Position numbers and translations under genes: made by a program. From the NCBI GenBank assembly GCA_039811685.1, contig JBDHZC010000004.1, positions 274,745 through 338,744 on the forward strand: DNA of 64,000 nucleotides. Reading direction: 5' to 3'. The stretch's first letter is position 1. Every line of letters begins with the position of its first letter. Source of the DNA: Armatimonadota bacterium (GTDB lineage Bacteria > Armatimonadota > UBA5829 > DSUL01). Below the pieces are notes generated by a model. That model saw only the letters and a program-made list of their open reading frames with translations, did no database searches and was not told where the DNA came from. This document shows, piece after piece, positions 47,962-58,019 of this stretch.

Positions 47962-50796
47962 TCATTGTCCGGTTGTAACTAACAGGCGGCAGGTTTCCCT
48001 GCCTCTCAGCGTGCCACACAGGGCGCCTTCAGACACAGTCAAGGCCTGTGCTGTCTCATCATAGAGTGCACCGTGCACTGTGGCTTGCTCAACAGGAACA
48101 CCCAGCCGTAGCGACCAGCTCTGGGAAGTCGCGCATGGGTTCCACAGCCTGAAGGCAATTCCTTCTGAGTCTTCGGCAATGCGCATGTCAACGATGAAAA
48201 TGCCGTCCGATTCAAAAGAGACCTCCGCTGCAAATCGGCCGGCGCCACTGTTGTGAACAAAAACGGCGCGTAGCGGATTGCGGCTCTCAAGTCCGCAGCG
48301 CACTGCTTCCGCGGCTTCTCCGGTCGCCGCGGGGTATATGCGATGTCTGAAGATCATCGGGCCGTGGGCGGAGGCCGGGAAATTGGTGGCCCAGTAGTTG
48401 TTGTACAGCCAGGACATCACGAGTCCCTGAGGCTCCGGAAGGTCGCTGCTCCACTGGCCAGTCTGAATTCCACCTATCTGCGCCATTGGCGCATCCATCG
48501 AGCAGAGAATCGGTCCACCGCCTCCCGCCCGCATCCACGAGTGAACCGTGTACCAGTCCCGCGCGGTCCCGGGCAGCTGTTCTTGCCCGGCCTCAAACCA
48601 TGTCAGCGCCTTGTCCAGCGTCACTGGGCCCTGGGTGTCGAACGGAAACGCCAGATAGAGCGCTTCTGCTTCGACTTGTGGCTGCTTCACCAGGTGTGTT
48701 GTAACTTCAAGAGCATCCGTCTCGTGATACATGCGTATGCTTTGTTCAATAGAAACCAGAGACGTGCCTGCGGGAGCGGCTGTGCGCGCCAGCTCGGAAA
48801 AGACCGGTCCAGATTCGGCTCGCTTGAATCGCCAGGGCATTCGAATGCGATCGAAAGTGTGGTGCGCGAAACCGCGGTTGGAGCGTCCAAGTTCCACCTG
48901 TGCCCGTCCGCGTTGTGGGCGTTCATATATCAGATCAAGCGGCCGATAAGGGCCTTCAGCCACAAAAAGCCGCTCTTGCTTGCGCGTATCACGAAGTGAT
49001 GTAATCTCTCCGCTTATCGGATCGAAACTGACCTCCCAGCGGCCGGATCTCAGGGTCTGATCACTTCCTCTCCAGAAACGGGCTTCAGACCCGGGGCGCG
49101 TCTTGTCCTGATGGGTGTTCCACAACTGCGCCGCAACGACTGGATATGTCGTTGCTCCAAAGCCTTCGACCTCTGCGATGAAAGCGATTTCCGCCCAGGT
49201 GTCGGTGTGGTCAACGATCTGGTGGGGAATCTGCCGTCCGGTATCAGCGTCCAGAATATGGAAGTCCAAAGCGCCAGGCAGATCCTTGATATCAACCTTG
49301 ACAGTGACCGCCTCACGCCTCCTCCAGCTTTCTGTGTTGCAGACTACAACAGCAGGGGCATTACCACTGGGTGCCTGGCCGCTCACAGCCCGAGTCAGAA
49401 GTTTCTGGCTCAAGACCGCAGCTTTGTCCGCGTTGGCTGATTTTCGCTTCCACTGAAGCTGCGTCATCGGCGAATATGGAGCGCTCGAGCTTTCCGCCGC
49501 ACCCCATGTGTGCTCATCAAACTCCGCTGCTGCGCACAGGGCTGTGTGCAGACTCCGGCGCTCCTCTTCAGATGGGTGGCGTCCCTTGAGCGCGCCGAAA
49601 GCCCAGAGAGTCCCTGTGGCCCTTATGTTCTCCTGAGCTTCGCGGTTCTCAGCCACCTCGCGCGGAGCAGATGCGTTGCCGTCCGCCCACCAGTCTGTCC
49701 AGTCACCGCGCAAAGTGATCGGAGAGATTTCCTCAAACTCGGACTCAATCGAATCGAAGAACTCACTGAGGGTCGCGACGCGTAAACGTGGCCACAGATA
49801 TTTCTGATTCCATTGCGCCGCTATGTCGGCCATTACGCGCGATGGAGGCGAATTGTCTGCGAAGGCGCCAGAAGACTGGAGAAGTACGCTCTTGTAGCTG
49901 TATCCGTCATCTATAAGACCGCGCAGGTGCTGCGGCAAACGGTCCTCGACCGTTGCGAGATTCTCGTGAAGGCCAAGAGCATTTCCAACGTGGTAGTGAT
50001 GCCCGTTGTAAGCCAGCACCCGGCTTCCGTCTGGCGCTTCCCAGAAAAAGGGTCTTGGACACGGTTCTGGGGCGCCGCCCCTGTACCAGTTGATCGCGGA
50101 GCAGAAGCGTCCGATGCCGTACTCTCTCAACAGTTGCGGAAGAGACCACGAAAACCCGTTGACGTCGCATTGCATCGCTGCTGTGACTTTGGCGCGCGCT
50201 TTTTGGGCGGTCTGAGCGGCCCATTCGAACTGCCTTGCCCACTCCATGTGCGAACACAGCTCTGTCCACTGCCACCACATGCCCGTGACTTCTATGGCGC
50301 CGTCCGCCACGCACCGCCGAAAGCGCTCGATTTCCTCTGGCGTCGCGCTCTGAAAAAAGCGCTCTACCGCCCAGGCTGCCTCGCACGTCCACTTGAAACG
50401 CAACCCGTCAGGTTGTCCGTTTGTGGCTTCAATCAGACGGCAGGCCTCCCGGATAAAATCGACGTGGTCGTCGTACAGGGTGTCCTGAATGTCTGTGTAG
50501 CCTATGTCGGTGTGTGTGTGTTGGACCAGAAAGACTGTCCATTCTCTGGGCGAGTGACTGTGCGTTTCAGCTGTCTGCAGACTGCCATCAATGTCCAGCT
50601 CAAAGCGCAGACTCACACCATCGCAAGCGAACACGCGGGCTGTCTGATGCCCCGCGCCTCTGGCTCCAAGATCAAAGGTCTCTTCTCCCGGCTGAGCTGT
50701 CAACCGGACGCGCGAGGCTGCATTGTCCTGATGCCAGGACACTTCGAAAGCGCGCTGTCCTCCGCTGTTTACAAGCTCAAGTGCCCTAATCTGCAA
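47962..50796 (-). CDS. GH38 alpha-mannosidase-like protein
   Basis: HTHTDIGY, W..EAAW, QCDVNGFSW, FFWEAPDGS.V, EHTWG, NNYW.TNF. Confidence 0.82.
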   Translation of the reverse strand: MQIRALELVNSGGQRAFEVSWHQDNAASRVRLTAQPGEETFDLGARGAGHQTARVFACDGVSLRFELDIDGSLQTAETHSHSPREWTVFLVQHTHTDIGYTDIQDTLYDDHVDFIREACRLIEATNGQPDGLRFKWTCEAAWAVERFFQSATPEEIERFRRCVADGAIEVTGMWWQWTELCSHMEWARQFEWAAQTAQKARAKVTAAMQCDVNGFSWSLPQLLREYGIGRFCSAINWYRGGAPEPCPRPFFWEAPDGSRVLAYNGHHYHVGNALGLHENLATVEDRLPQHLRGLIDDGYSYKSVLLQSSGAFADNSPPSRVMADIAAQWNQKYLWPRLRVATLSEFFDSIESEFEEISPITLRGDWTDWWADGNASAPREVAENREAQENIRATGTLWAFGALKGRHPSEEERRSLHTALCAAAEFDEHTWGAAESSSAPYSPMTQLQWKRKSANADKAAVLSQKLLTRAVSGQAPSGNAPAVVVCNTESWRRREAVTVKVDIKDLPGALDFHILDADTGRQIPHQIVDHTDTWAEIAFIAEVEGFGATTYPVVAAQLWNTHQDKTRPGSEARFWRGSDQTLRSGRWEVSFDPISGEITSLRDTRKQERLFVAEGPYRPLDLIYERPQRGRAQVELGRSNRGFAHHTFDRIRMPWRFKRAESGPVFSELARTAAPAGTSLVSIEQSIRMYHETDALEVTTHLVKQPQVEAEALYLAFPFDTQGPVTLDKALTWFEAGQEQLPGTARDWYTVHSWMRAGGGGPILCSMDAPMAQIGGIQTGQWSSDLPEPQGLVMSWLYNNYWATNFPASAHGPMIFRHRIYPAATGEAAEAVRCGLESRNPLRAVFVHNSGAGRFAAEVSFESDGIFIVDMRIAEDSEGIAFRLWNPCATSQSWSLRLGVPVEQATVHGALYDETAQALTVSEGALCGTLRGRETCRLLVTTGQ

Positions 50797-52465
50797 CGAC
50801 GTTCACACCGATTCGCTTCTGAGCGGATCGGGTCATTGGTCTGTTCGCCCATTCGGGGTGCTTGTCCAGAAACTCTCTGGCCGCCCAGGCCATCTCTTCG
50901 AGCGTGACGCATTTGAACTCGTCCTCGCCGAGTATCTCCATCACGCGCGTATAGTCAGTTGGGGAGAAGCCGTCCTGTGCAGACTTGTTGTCATTGGCGT
51001 TGGGGACAGCAAAGACCGTCAAAAAGGCCGGCCGGCACTCGAGTGACGCCACCGCTTCTTTGATGGAGGCGGCCATGTCTTCCGCGCTTTTGCCGCTGGG
51101 ATAGTAGTGCAAGGACCCATAGCGGCAGATGGCGGTCTTTCCAGTCTTCAGCTCTTTGATTTGAATGGGCCCGGCAGGCAGAACAAACGCCTCGCAACTC
51201 GGACACAACTCGGAGTACCTGTCATAAACAGGGCGGCTGAAGTAGATCCATGCGTCCATCACCTGCAAGTCCGAGCGGCGCATATACTCTTCGGTTTCCC
51301 TGAAGAACTCTTCTGGCTCCTGCATCCAGTTGGGGTAAGTGTAGCCGGCGCCGGAGCACCCGCAGAAGAAGTAGTCGTTCTCAGTCATCGTCTCGAAGTA
51401 GTACTCCGCCATCGCCGGCGCGATGTCCAGCATTCGCGGCTGGAAACCCCAGTTGACAACGACTTTTCCGCGGTTCTCGTCGCGCCATGCGCCACCCTGG
51501 AAGACTGTGTGAATCTTCATCGCGTCCCCTTCAGTCGTCAGAAACGCAATATAGAACTTGTCCTCCAGTTTCAAAGACGCCTTGTCACGATGAGACTTCT
51601 GGCGCAAACTGGGTGAGCTTGTCTTGACTTTGGCGTGGAAGCTCAGATTCGGCGCTTCGGCGCACATTATGTAGTTGGAGTTCAGCGAAGCCATCCGGCA
51701 GTAGGCGTCTTCCGGCTCGCCCCAGCCGTAGATACCGCAGTTTGGTCCCAGCGCCTGATGAATGCGCCAGATACGCGCGGAGTCTTGCGGATAGGCTTCG
51801 ACCGTGCTGCAGCGGTAGATGAACGCCTTTCGCGCGACGGCCAGATCCAGCGCGTCAATGGACATTCCGCTCCAGAGCCTGTCCACGCTGTAGGCCATTC
51901 CCGGTTCACAGCGCCCTAGAAGCTCTTCTATAGCGTAGTCGAGTGGCGCAAACTCATCCTGCCAGCGCGCCCTCAAGTCGTGCCGGATCTCCAGATCGGG
52001 ATAGCGCTTGCGCAACTCTTGCGCATGGCTCTCCGACACCGGAAGTAAGTCCTCCAGCGCGGACAGTATGCACGCGACGTAGATGCTTTGCTCCACATCG
52101 TCATCCCACACAACCAGCCCATCGAAGGCATCGCGATAGCGTTCGATGACTGCTTGTTCAGACGATAACGTCTCAAAGTCGTATCCGTAGCGCTCGCTGT
52201 AGATATCTCTCCAGGTCTGGTCGGCTGGCCGCCAGTTCCAGAACTGTGTATCGTACATAAGGTGCGCTCCGCCGCGGTTCACCAGACCTTGTAGAGCCAG
52301 CATTGTGATCTGGCGCTTCCAGCCATTGTCCTCCAGCTTGCCGTGTCCCTTGTCCGGGTCTGCGTCGCCGTATTGTACTCGCCCGCCTTTGATGGACGGG
52401 TCGATCAGAGAAGACAGGTCAAACCAGACGGTTTTGGGGCCGCCAGATTGCAAATCCGATTTCAT
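50786..52465 (-). CDS. GxGYxYP family putative glycoside hydrolase
   Basis: LQGLVNR, NLSFH, EGD, SGAGYTYP. Confidence 0.8.
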   Translation of the reverse strand: MKSDLQSGGPKTVWFDLSSLIDPSIKGGRVQYGDADPDKGHGKLEDNGWKRQITMLALQGLVNRGGAHLMYDTQFWNWRPADQTWRDIYSERYGYDFETLSSEQAVIERYRDAFDGLVVWDDDVEQSIYVACILSALEDLLPVSESHAQELRKRYPDLEIRHDLRARWQDEFAPLDYAIEELLGRCEPGMAYSVDRLWSGMSIDALDLAVARKAFIYRCSTVEAYPQDSARIWRIHQALGPNCGIYGWGEPEDAYCRMASLNSNYIMCAEAPNLSFHAKVKTSSPSLRQKSHRDKASLKLEDKFYIAFLTTEGDAMKIHTVFQGGAWRDENRGKVVVNWGFQPRMLDIAPAMAEYYFETMTENDYFFCGCSGAGYTYPNWMQEPEEFFRETEEYMRRSDLQVMDAWIYFSRPVYDRYSELCPSCEAFVLPAGPIQIKELKTGKTAICRYGSLHYYPSGKSAEDMAASIKEAVASLECRPAFLTVFAVPNANDNKSAQDGFSPTDYTRVMEILGEDEFKCVTLEEMAWAAREFLDKHPEWANRPMTRSAQKRIGVNVVAD

Positions 52466-52494
52466 TTCTACTCCTGAAAAACTCGATGGGGCGG

Positions 52495-53607
52495 CTAGTC
52501 AGCGCTGGTGCGCATCGGCGTCGGCGCCGACGCCCTTCCCTGTGCGCACTCCTGAAAAGCACGGGCGATCGGGCGCGGGTTCAGCTCCCTGTCACACAGT
52601 CCGTACTCTTCCTTGCCTTCGATGGGCAGGTCTGTGATGCACAGGTAGTTGGCCAGAGTCACGTAGTGATACTCCGGACTGGCAAGCTTGGTCAGGACCT
52701 GTCTGCACATGTCCGCCGCATCTTCGCCCTTGGAGTTGGCGTAACCCCACTCCGTAATCCAGAGCTCTTTGTCGCCGTCGCCGTTGTCCTTCATTACCTT
52801 GTAGGTGTCAGACACGGCCTCCCAGTGCAGGGGATCACCGTATGGATGAATCGAAATGGCGTCGTAGGAGCCTTTGATACCGTACTTGTACATCCCCTCA
52901 ATGTACTTGTATCCGTCTTTCACCCCGCTGTTATAGTCCAGCGCGCCCACTGCGACTTTGCAGTCCGGATTGCCATCTTTCAGCGCTTCGTACGCAATCT
53001 TAGCCCACTTCGTGTAAAGGTCCTGAATGTGCCCGTTCGAGCAGCCGTCATTAACCCAGGAACAGCCGTTGGGTTCGTTCCAGAACTGGAACATGTCCAC
53101 CTTGCCCTTGTAGCGTTTGCTGCACTCATTGCAGTAGCGCCGGAAGTCGTCCGTGTACTTGTCCTGGGGAGGGAACCGGTAGCTGTTTTTCGGGTCCACC
53201 CCGTCCGGCAGCGCCCATGCCGCTGTGTTGCCCACGTATGCGAACTGCTTCAGCCCGCGCTTCTGGGCTTCCTTGACAGCGTGATCCGGGTAGTCCCAGT
53301 TCCACTGTCCCTTCACCTTCTCCCTGTCCACCCAGTCCAGCGACAAGCTGGTGACAGTCACCCCCAGCTTCTTCATCATGTCCATCTGGCGGTTGTCGTA
53401 ATCGTAGCCTCGGTTTAGCCACATCCCCCAGATCATTCCCGCACCGTAAAGCAGCGGGCGCTTCCTGTCGTTAGCATTGTCTCTTATCTTGAGCTGGATC
53501 TTTTCCGCCTCAATGGCGGCGCTCAGCCGTGAGGCCGATCCGAGAGCCGCAGCGCCTCCAACCGCAGCCGCTCCGGCCAGAAGCTGTCGTCTCGTTAGCT
53601 TAGTCAT
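52495..53607 (-). CDS. Tat-exported clan GH-A hydrolase (GH39/GH5-like)
   Basis: Twin-Arg signal TRRQLL; FQFWNEPN, SIHPY, LWITEWG. Confidence 0.82.
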   Translation of the reverse strand: MTKLTRRQLLAGAAAVGGAAALGSASRLSAAIEAEKIQLKIRDNANDRKRPLLYGAGMIWGMWLNRGYDYDNRQMDMMKKLGVTVTSLSLDWVDREKVKGQWNWDYPDHAVKEAQKRGLKQFAYVGNTAAWALPDGVDPKNSYRFPPQDKYTDDFRRYCNECSKRYKGKVDMFQFWNEPNGCSWVNDGCSNGHIQDLYTKWAKIAYEALKDGNPDCKVAVGALDYNSGVKDGYKYIEGMYKYGIKGSYDAISIHPYGDPLHWEAVSDTYKVMKDNGDGDKELWITEWGYANSKGEDAADMCRQVLTKLASPEYHYVTLANYLCITDLPIEGKEEYGLCDRELNPRPIARAFQECAQGRASAPTPMRTSAD

Positions 53608-53760
53608 GGATTACCTCAATCAAATGTGTCACTTCGAAAGGATTTTCATCGGTCTCATCCGCAGGCTCAGTTCGCGGATGTCCCCCCGTCTCCTCTCACC
53701 ACCTGGAATACGTTAGCCAGCCGGGCTTCATCAGCCGTTTCCCCCGGCGCGTTTGATCAG

Positions 53761-56700
53761 TCACTCGGCGCAGCGGAAGTTGAAAGCCTCACCGAATCCC
53801 GCCCCGCGTGACGAGCGCATCCGCAGCGTCACCAGTTTGGACGCAGTGGCCAGGCGGCCCGTCACCATTACACTCTCATGCCGCCGGACATCCCACGGCA
53901 GAGGTATCTTCTGTTCATTCATCAAAAGCCACACATCGTCCTTCAGCCATCGTGCCTGGGCAAGATTCCGCAAGCCGACGCGCACTTCCAGACCGGCTGC
54001 TTTGCAGGAAACAATTTCCCCCGCTCGCAGCGCGCGCCAGCTTCCTCCGGGCGGCCGCACTTCTACTGAGTCAATCCAGGCGTCCAGATATTTTAGTGGC
54101 TTGTCCGGGCCATAGGCGGTATTCCCAACCGCCGTCAGAGGACAGTTCGCACTGGTTGTGCCTTGCCCGGCGTCTGTCAATCCGGGCCGCTTTCCCGCGC
54201 TCAGGAGCTTCCAGAACTCCTCCCGGACACTGTCGTAGATGCCCCCGACCCCGTCCGGATGCCTGTCACGATCCACTTCCAGCAGGGCATCCGGTTGCGG
54301 CGCGCCGGGTCCGTCAAGAAATCGGGGCCCCCACATTCGGATTGCGCGGGTGGCCGGCCGGTCGCTTCCATCCGGATTGATAATCCCGTAGTCGCTGTTT
54401 TCTCCACTTCTGAACCCGCCGGGATACCACCAGAAGAACACACCATCCGCTCCGCTTTCCACAAGCATCCGATAGAAGTCCGCAAAGTAGCGCCCCTGAA
54501 AATCCAGCCGGGCATCCGTGGAGCGTTTCCGGGCGCTCTCCCACGCTGATACGCCCGCCTCCGCCCAGACCACGGGAAGACCCGCTCCGCAGTAGCGCGC
54601 GTACTCAAACTCAAAGATTCCATGCTTCACCTTTTCCCAGTCGCCAATCCGCCCGTAAGCCTCCGGCTCCAGAATGTCCACCGCAGCCGCCAGATACGGC
54701 CAGTCGTACGGAATCCGTCCATCCCACCGGTAGGTCGGATTTCCCGCTTCCGCCATACGGAAGGAAACCAGATGGTTCGGGTCTACGCTACGCACCAGGG
54801 CACGGGCCGCAGAGTATTTCTGGTAGAGCAGGGTGTCCAGGAAGCGCCTGTACGCCGCCACCATAATTCGCCAGTCCCCGTCTGTGTCTATCTGGAAAGG
54901 GAGAGGGTTGGTTACGTTTCCGCTGGAGTCGCGCGGGACCTGGTAGCCCCAGTCCCGTTCAGCATTCGCAACGCTTCCGTAGCGCTGGACCAGCCATGCC
55001 TCCCAGTCCCGGTCCCATACCACCCGATCCTCGTGTGTGTTGAACATTGGTTCCCAGGCCAGATCGTAGGCGAAGATCGTATCCTCATCCGCCAGATCGT
55101 AGTGCTGGATGATCTCTCCGATCTGGGGCCAGAGAAAGTTCATCGGCGTACCCGGGCGCAGCGACAGGTTGACCTTGAGCCCGTACTTGCGCGCAAGACG
55201 CAGGATGTCGCGCAGATTCTCGGCTTCCATCGAATCGCGATAGATAAAGATCGAGATCGCGTTCATTCCGAGGTCCCTGATGCGTCTGAGGTCATCCTCG
55301 ACAATCGCGCTGTCGTAAGACCGGTCTCCCATCCATCCCTCGAAATAACGCGCCCACCAGGGATCGGAGGCGTTGACCGCGATTCCGGACGAGGGCATGT
55401 AGTTGACGCCGTTTACCCGCCAGCGCTTGCCATCAAGCTGAAAGTCTCCATTTCTTACAATAATGAAATGCTTTTCATCCGGTGGCCGGTAGCTGTAGTA
55501 GCTCTGTCTGATGCGGTCTATCAGGTGCCCCTGATTGTCAGACAGGACAGCCTCGATCCGGTTTTCAGCCCGGTTGCCCTCCAGCTTCGGCAGCCGTGTG
55601 CTGATCTCTGTGATCTCTCCTGGGGCAAGTCTCAGGGTCCGAGTCAGCGCCTCCGACCCCGTACGGGAATCGTTCTCGGGTCTCCAGGTCAGGGAAGCCC
55701 GCACTTGCACAGTCTCCTTGCCAAGATTGGCAAAGCGCATCCCCGCCAGAGGCGCCTGTCCCGGCCTGTAAGTGTAAAACTCTGTGCCACCCTCTATCAG
55801 AAAGACGCCTCGCCGCATGCGCCGCAGGACGCTCTGGAGCAGTTCGAGAGTGTCCGATCTCGCGTACCAGCTCGCATCCTGAACTCCAATGGACGCCCAG
55901 ATTCCACCCCTGTACGGCCCTCGGGCATGCGCCAGAATCACTCCCGGTGCCCCGCCTGATGTGGAGAGAAAGGGACTCCAGCGCCAGTCACGGCCTTTTC
56001 TGAAACCCGTCTGGGGGCGTGGGTGGGGCGCCAGGACGGGGGCTCCGGGCAGCGCAACTGTCGCTGATCCGTCCTTCAACTTCTCCGCTGAAATGGGGTA
56101 GAACTTGTAGTCTGGCGAGAGAATCTCCAGATGCGCCGGTTCAAGGGAAGTGACCACCTGCGCATAGGCTCCCTCCGCAGGAGCAGTCCCCACATTCGCG
56201 ACCCAGTACTCCTGAGGTCCTTCGGATATTCCCGTGTGGCTGAGAGCAAGTCCGAAGACGATCCGGCCGGCATTTTGAGGCTGAAAGCTGTCGCCGGGGC
56301 CGCCCCGGTTTGGCGCGCTGTGCCAGTACTTGAAGTCTGAGGGCTTGAGCACATAGCGCTTCCATTGAGGAGAAAGGGCAACCACGCTGATCCAGCGCGA
56401 GCCATCCTTCTCCGACCACTCCACAGACAACTGGGTTGTCTGCAAGCCACCGCGAGCCGCAAAAACCGTCAGCGAGTGACCCGACGGAAAGGGATGTGTG
56501 AGCGGAGGCGAACCGTACGTTTCCCAACCATCCATGGATTCCATGCGGACCTGCAACGCTCTCTGGCCAGGCGCCGGGCCGTCTGTGATCTCATAGGATA
56601 CGGGAATGGACGTGTTGAAGGCCGAACGCTGCCAGCCTTTTAGAGCCTGCGCGTCGAGAGTCAGAATGGAGTGGGGAGGGACGTCTCCGGCTGTCGCAGT

Positions 56701-57108
56701 CAGGAACTCTTCCTGCCGAACCCACCGCCCTCCGGCTTCAATCGTGGCCGCGCTCCACATGGGAGCTCCGAGCGCCAGGATATCGCCTCCACCCTCCAGA
56801 TACTTCACAATCGAAGCCACCGATCGCGCTGGAAGCCTCGCCGAATCCGGGGCAACCAGCAGATCAAGACTTTTTCCCGCCAGCGCCTGAGTGTCACAGA
56901 GATCACCAGCGCTAACATAAGTAGGCTGGTAACCTGCCTGTATCAGCGCCTCTTTCAGCTTATCATTGAGGCGTTTGCCCGCCAGCCCTGAGGAATCATC
57001 GGGAAGGACTATACCTGCGCGATACACCGTGGCTCCTGCCATGCCTCGTCCCGTTCCCGCCATCGCCATCACGATTGCCGCGGAAACAATCCACTTTCCA
57101 ACTCTCAT
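53761..57108 (-). CDS. Secreted large clan GH-A hydrolase (GH5/GH42-like) with N-terminal accessory domains
   Basis: ATG 57108 with GGAGG RBS and signal peptide; GVNYMP, DL..I..LGMNAI, YDLAWEP, VWAEAG, WWYPGG..DYGI. Confidence 0.75.
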   Translation of the reverse strand: MRVGKWIVSAAIVMAMAGTGRGMAGATVYRAGIVLPDDSSGLAGKRLNDKLKEALIQAGYQPTYVSAGDLCDTQALAGKSLDLLVAPDSARLPARSVASIVKYLEGGGDILALGAPMWSAATIEAGGRWVRQEEFLTATAGDVPPHSILTLDAQALKGWQRSAFNTSIPVSYEITDGPAPGQRALQVRMESMDGWETYGSPPLTHPFPSGHSLTVFAARGGLQTTQLSVEWSEKDGSRWISVVALSPQWKRYVLKPSDFKYWHSAPNRGGPGDSFQPQNAGRIVFGLALSHTGISEGPQEYWVANVGTAPAEGAYAQVVTSLEPAHLEILSPDYKFYPISAEKLKDGSATVALPGAPVLAPHPRPQTGFRKGRDWRWSPFLSTSGGAPGVILAHARGPYRGGIWASIGVQDASWYARSDTLELLQSVLRRMRRGVFLIEGGTEFYTYRPGQAPLAGMRFANLGKETVQVRASLTWRPENDSRTGSEALTRTLRLAPGEITEISTRLPKLEGNRAENRIEAVLSDNQGHLIDRIRQSYYSYRPPDEKHFIIVRNGDFQLDGKRWRVNGVNYMPSSGIAVNASDPWWARYFEGWMGDRSYDSAIVEDDLRRIRDLGMNAISIFIYRDSMEAENLRDILRLARKYGLKVNLSLRPGTPMNFLWPQIGEIIQHYDLADEDTIFAYDLAWEPMFNTHEDRVVWDRDWEAWLVQRYGSVANAERDWGYQVPRDSSGNVTNPLPFQIDTDGDWRIMVAAYRRFLDTLLYQKYSAARALVRSVDPNHLVSFRMAEAGNPTYRWDGRIPYDWPYLAAAVDILEPEAYGRIGDWEKVKHGIFEFEYARYCGAGLPVVWAEAGVSAWESARKRSTDARLDFQGRYFADFYRMLVESGADGVFFWWYPGGFRSGENSDYGIINPDGSDRPATRAIRMWGPRFLDGPGAPQPDALLEVDRDRHPDGVGGIYDSVREEFWKLLSAGKRPGLTDAGQGTTSANCPLTAVGNTAYGPDKPLKYLDAWIDSVEVRPPGGSWRALRAGEIVSCKAAGLEVRVGLRNLAQARWLKDDVWLLMNEQKIPLPWDVRRHESVMVTGRLATASKLVTLRMRSSRGAGFGEAFNFRCAE

Positions 57109-57446
57109 CTGTCCTCCACCAGCCAGTCCTGTCTGACACGAAATGCATTCCGATAGACATCGGCCGCCAGCTTGCGGCTGTAGCAGCCGTCCGCCCTGAG
57201 AAAGCCGTATCGGCGCTCGACTTCGTCTCCGGCCCAGGCATCGTGCCAGTCGCACAGGCTCCATTGCAACAGCCCCGCGATATCCTCCTGCTCCACGATG
57301 TTCAGCCACTCGCGGAAGCGATCCGCCTGTTCTTCCTCTGTCTGCCCGGGCTGGCCTGTACTGTGTCCGATCTCTTCGATCAGAATTGGCGTTTCGCCTG
57401 CCTTGGGATTATGGGTATCGCGTCGGGGAATCTCGCAAGATGTCAC
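57105..57446 (-). pseudogene. 3' remnant of a GH5-like glycoside hydrolase gene
   Basis: Only the last barrel strands remain (PILIEEIG, QAD.F, G.LQWSL.D, ERRYGF..ADG); stop overlaps next ATG (ATGA); no upstream half found. Confidence 0.65.
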
Positions 57447-58019
57447 ACGCAGACTTCTCGCCCGTCTTTGAGCAGCCGCATCCGAAATGCCAAGCGGGTA
57501 GCGCAGGTATTTATACCAGTTCTAGACTGTGGAACCTCTGATTGTTTTCACGGCTCATTGACCTGCTTCCAAAAGCGTGGTAGGCTGACTGTGAGACTGT
57601 GTACTGAGTTGTGGAGGATAGCGTTGTGTCACGCTCAGGCCGTGGAGATCTGGTCACGTTTTCGAGGACTGCAGAGGGGTATGGTCAGTTGCTTGTGATT
57701 TCAGACTTGCTTGAGAAGCAACGGAAGGTATGTGGAAGGAGTAAGATGGAAACGCCCGCTCTGTATGGTCTGCAATTTCTACGGTGAACTTCTGCGCTGG
57801 GGCAGGTCAAATCCTGCGGGTAATCTCGCTTCGATTTGACGCAGATGGATGGATGGGCCTGTAAGAATGAAAGTGTCGGGCCGCTGTTAACCTGACTGGT
57901 GAGAGTTGGGTCTCAGGCGCGTTTCAAGCTCTGGCTTCTGCGACTGAACGCACAAGTCTGAATCCAGCGCACTACCAGTGTGGCTGGACGTTGATTCATC
58001 CTACGAAAGGAAAACAGCT

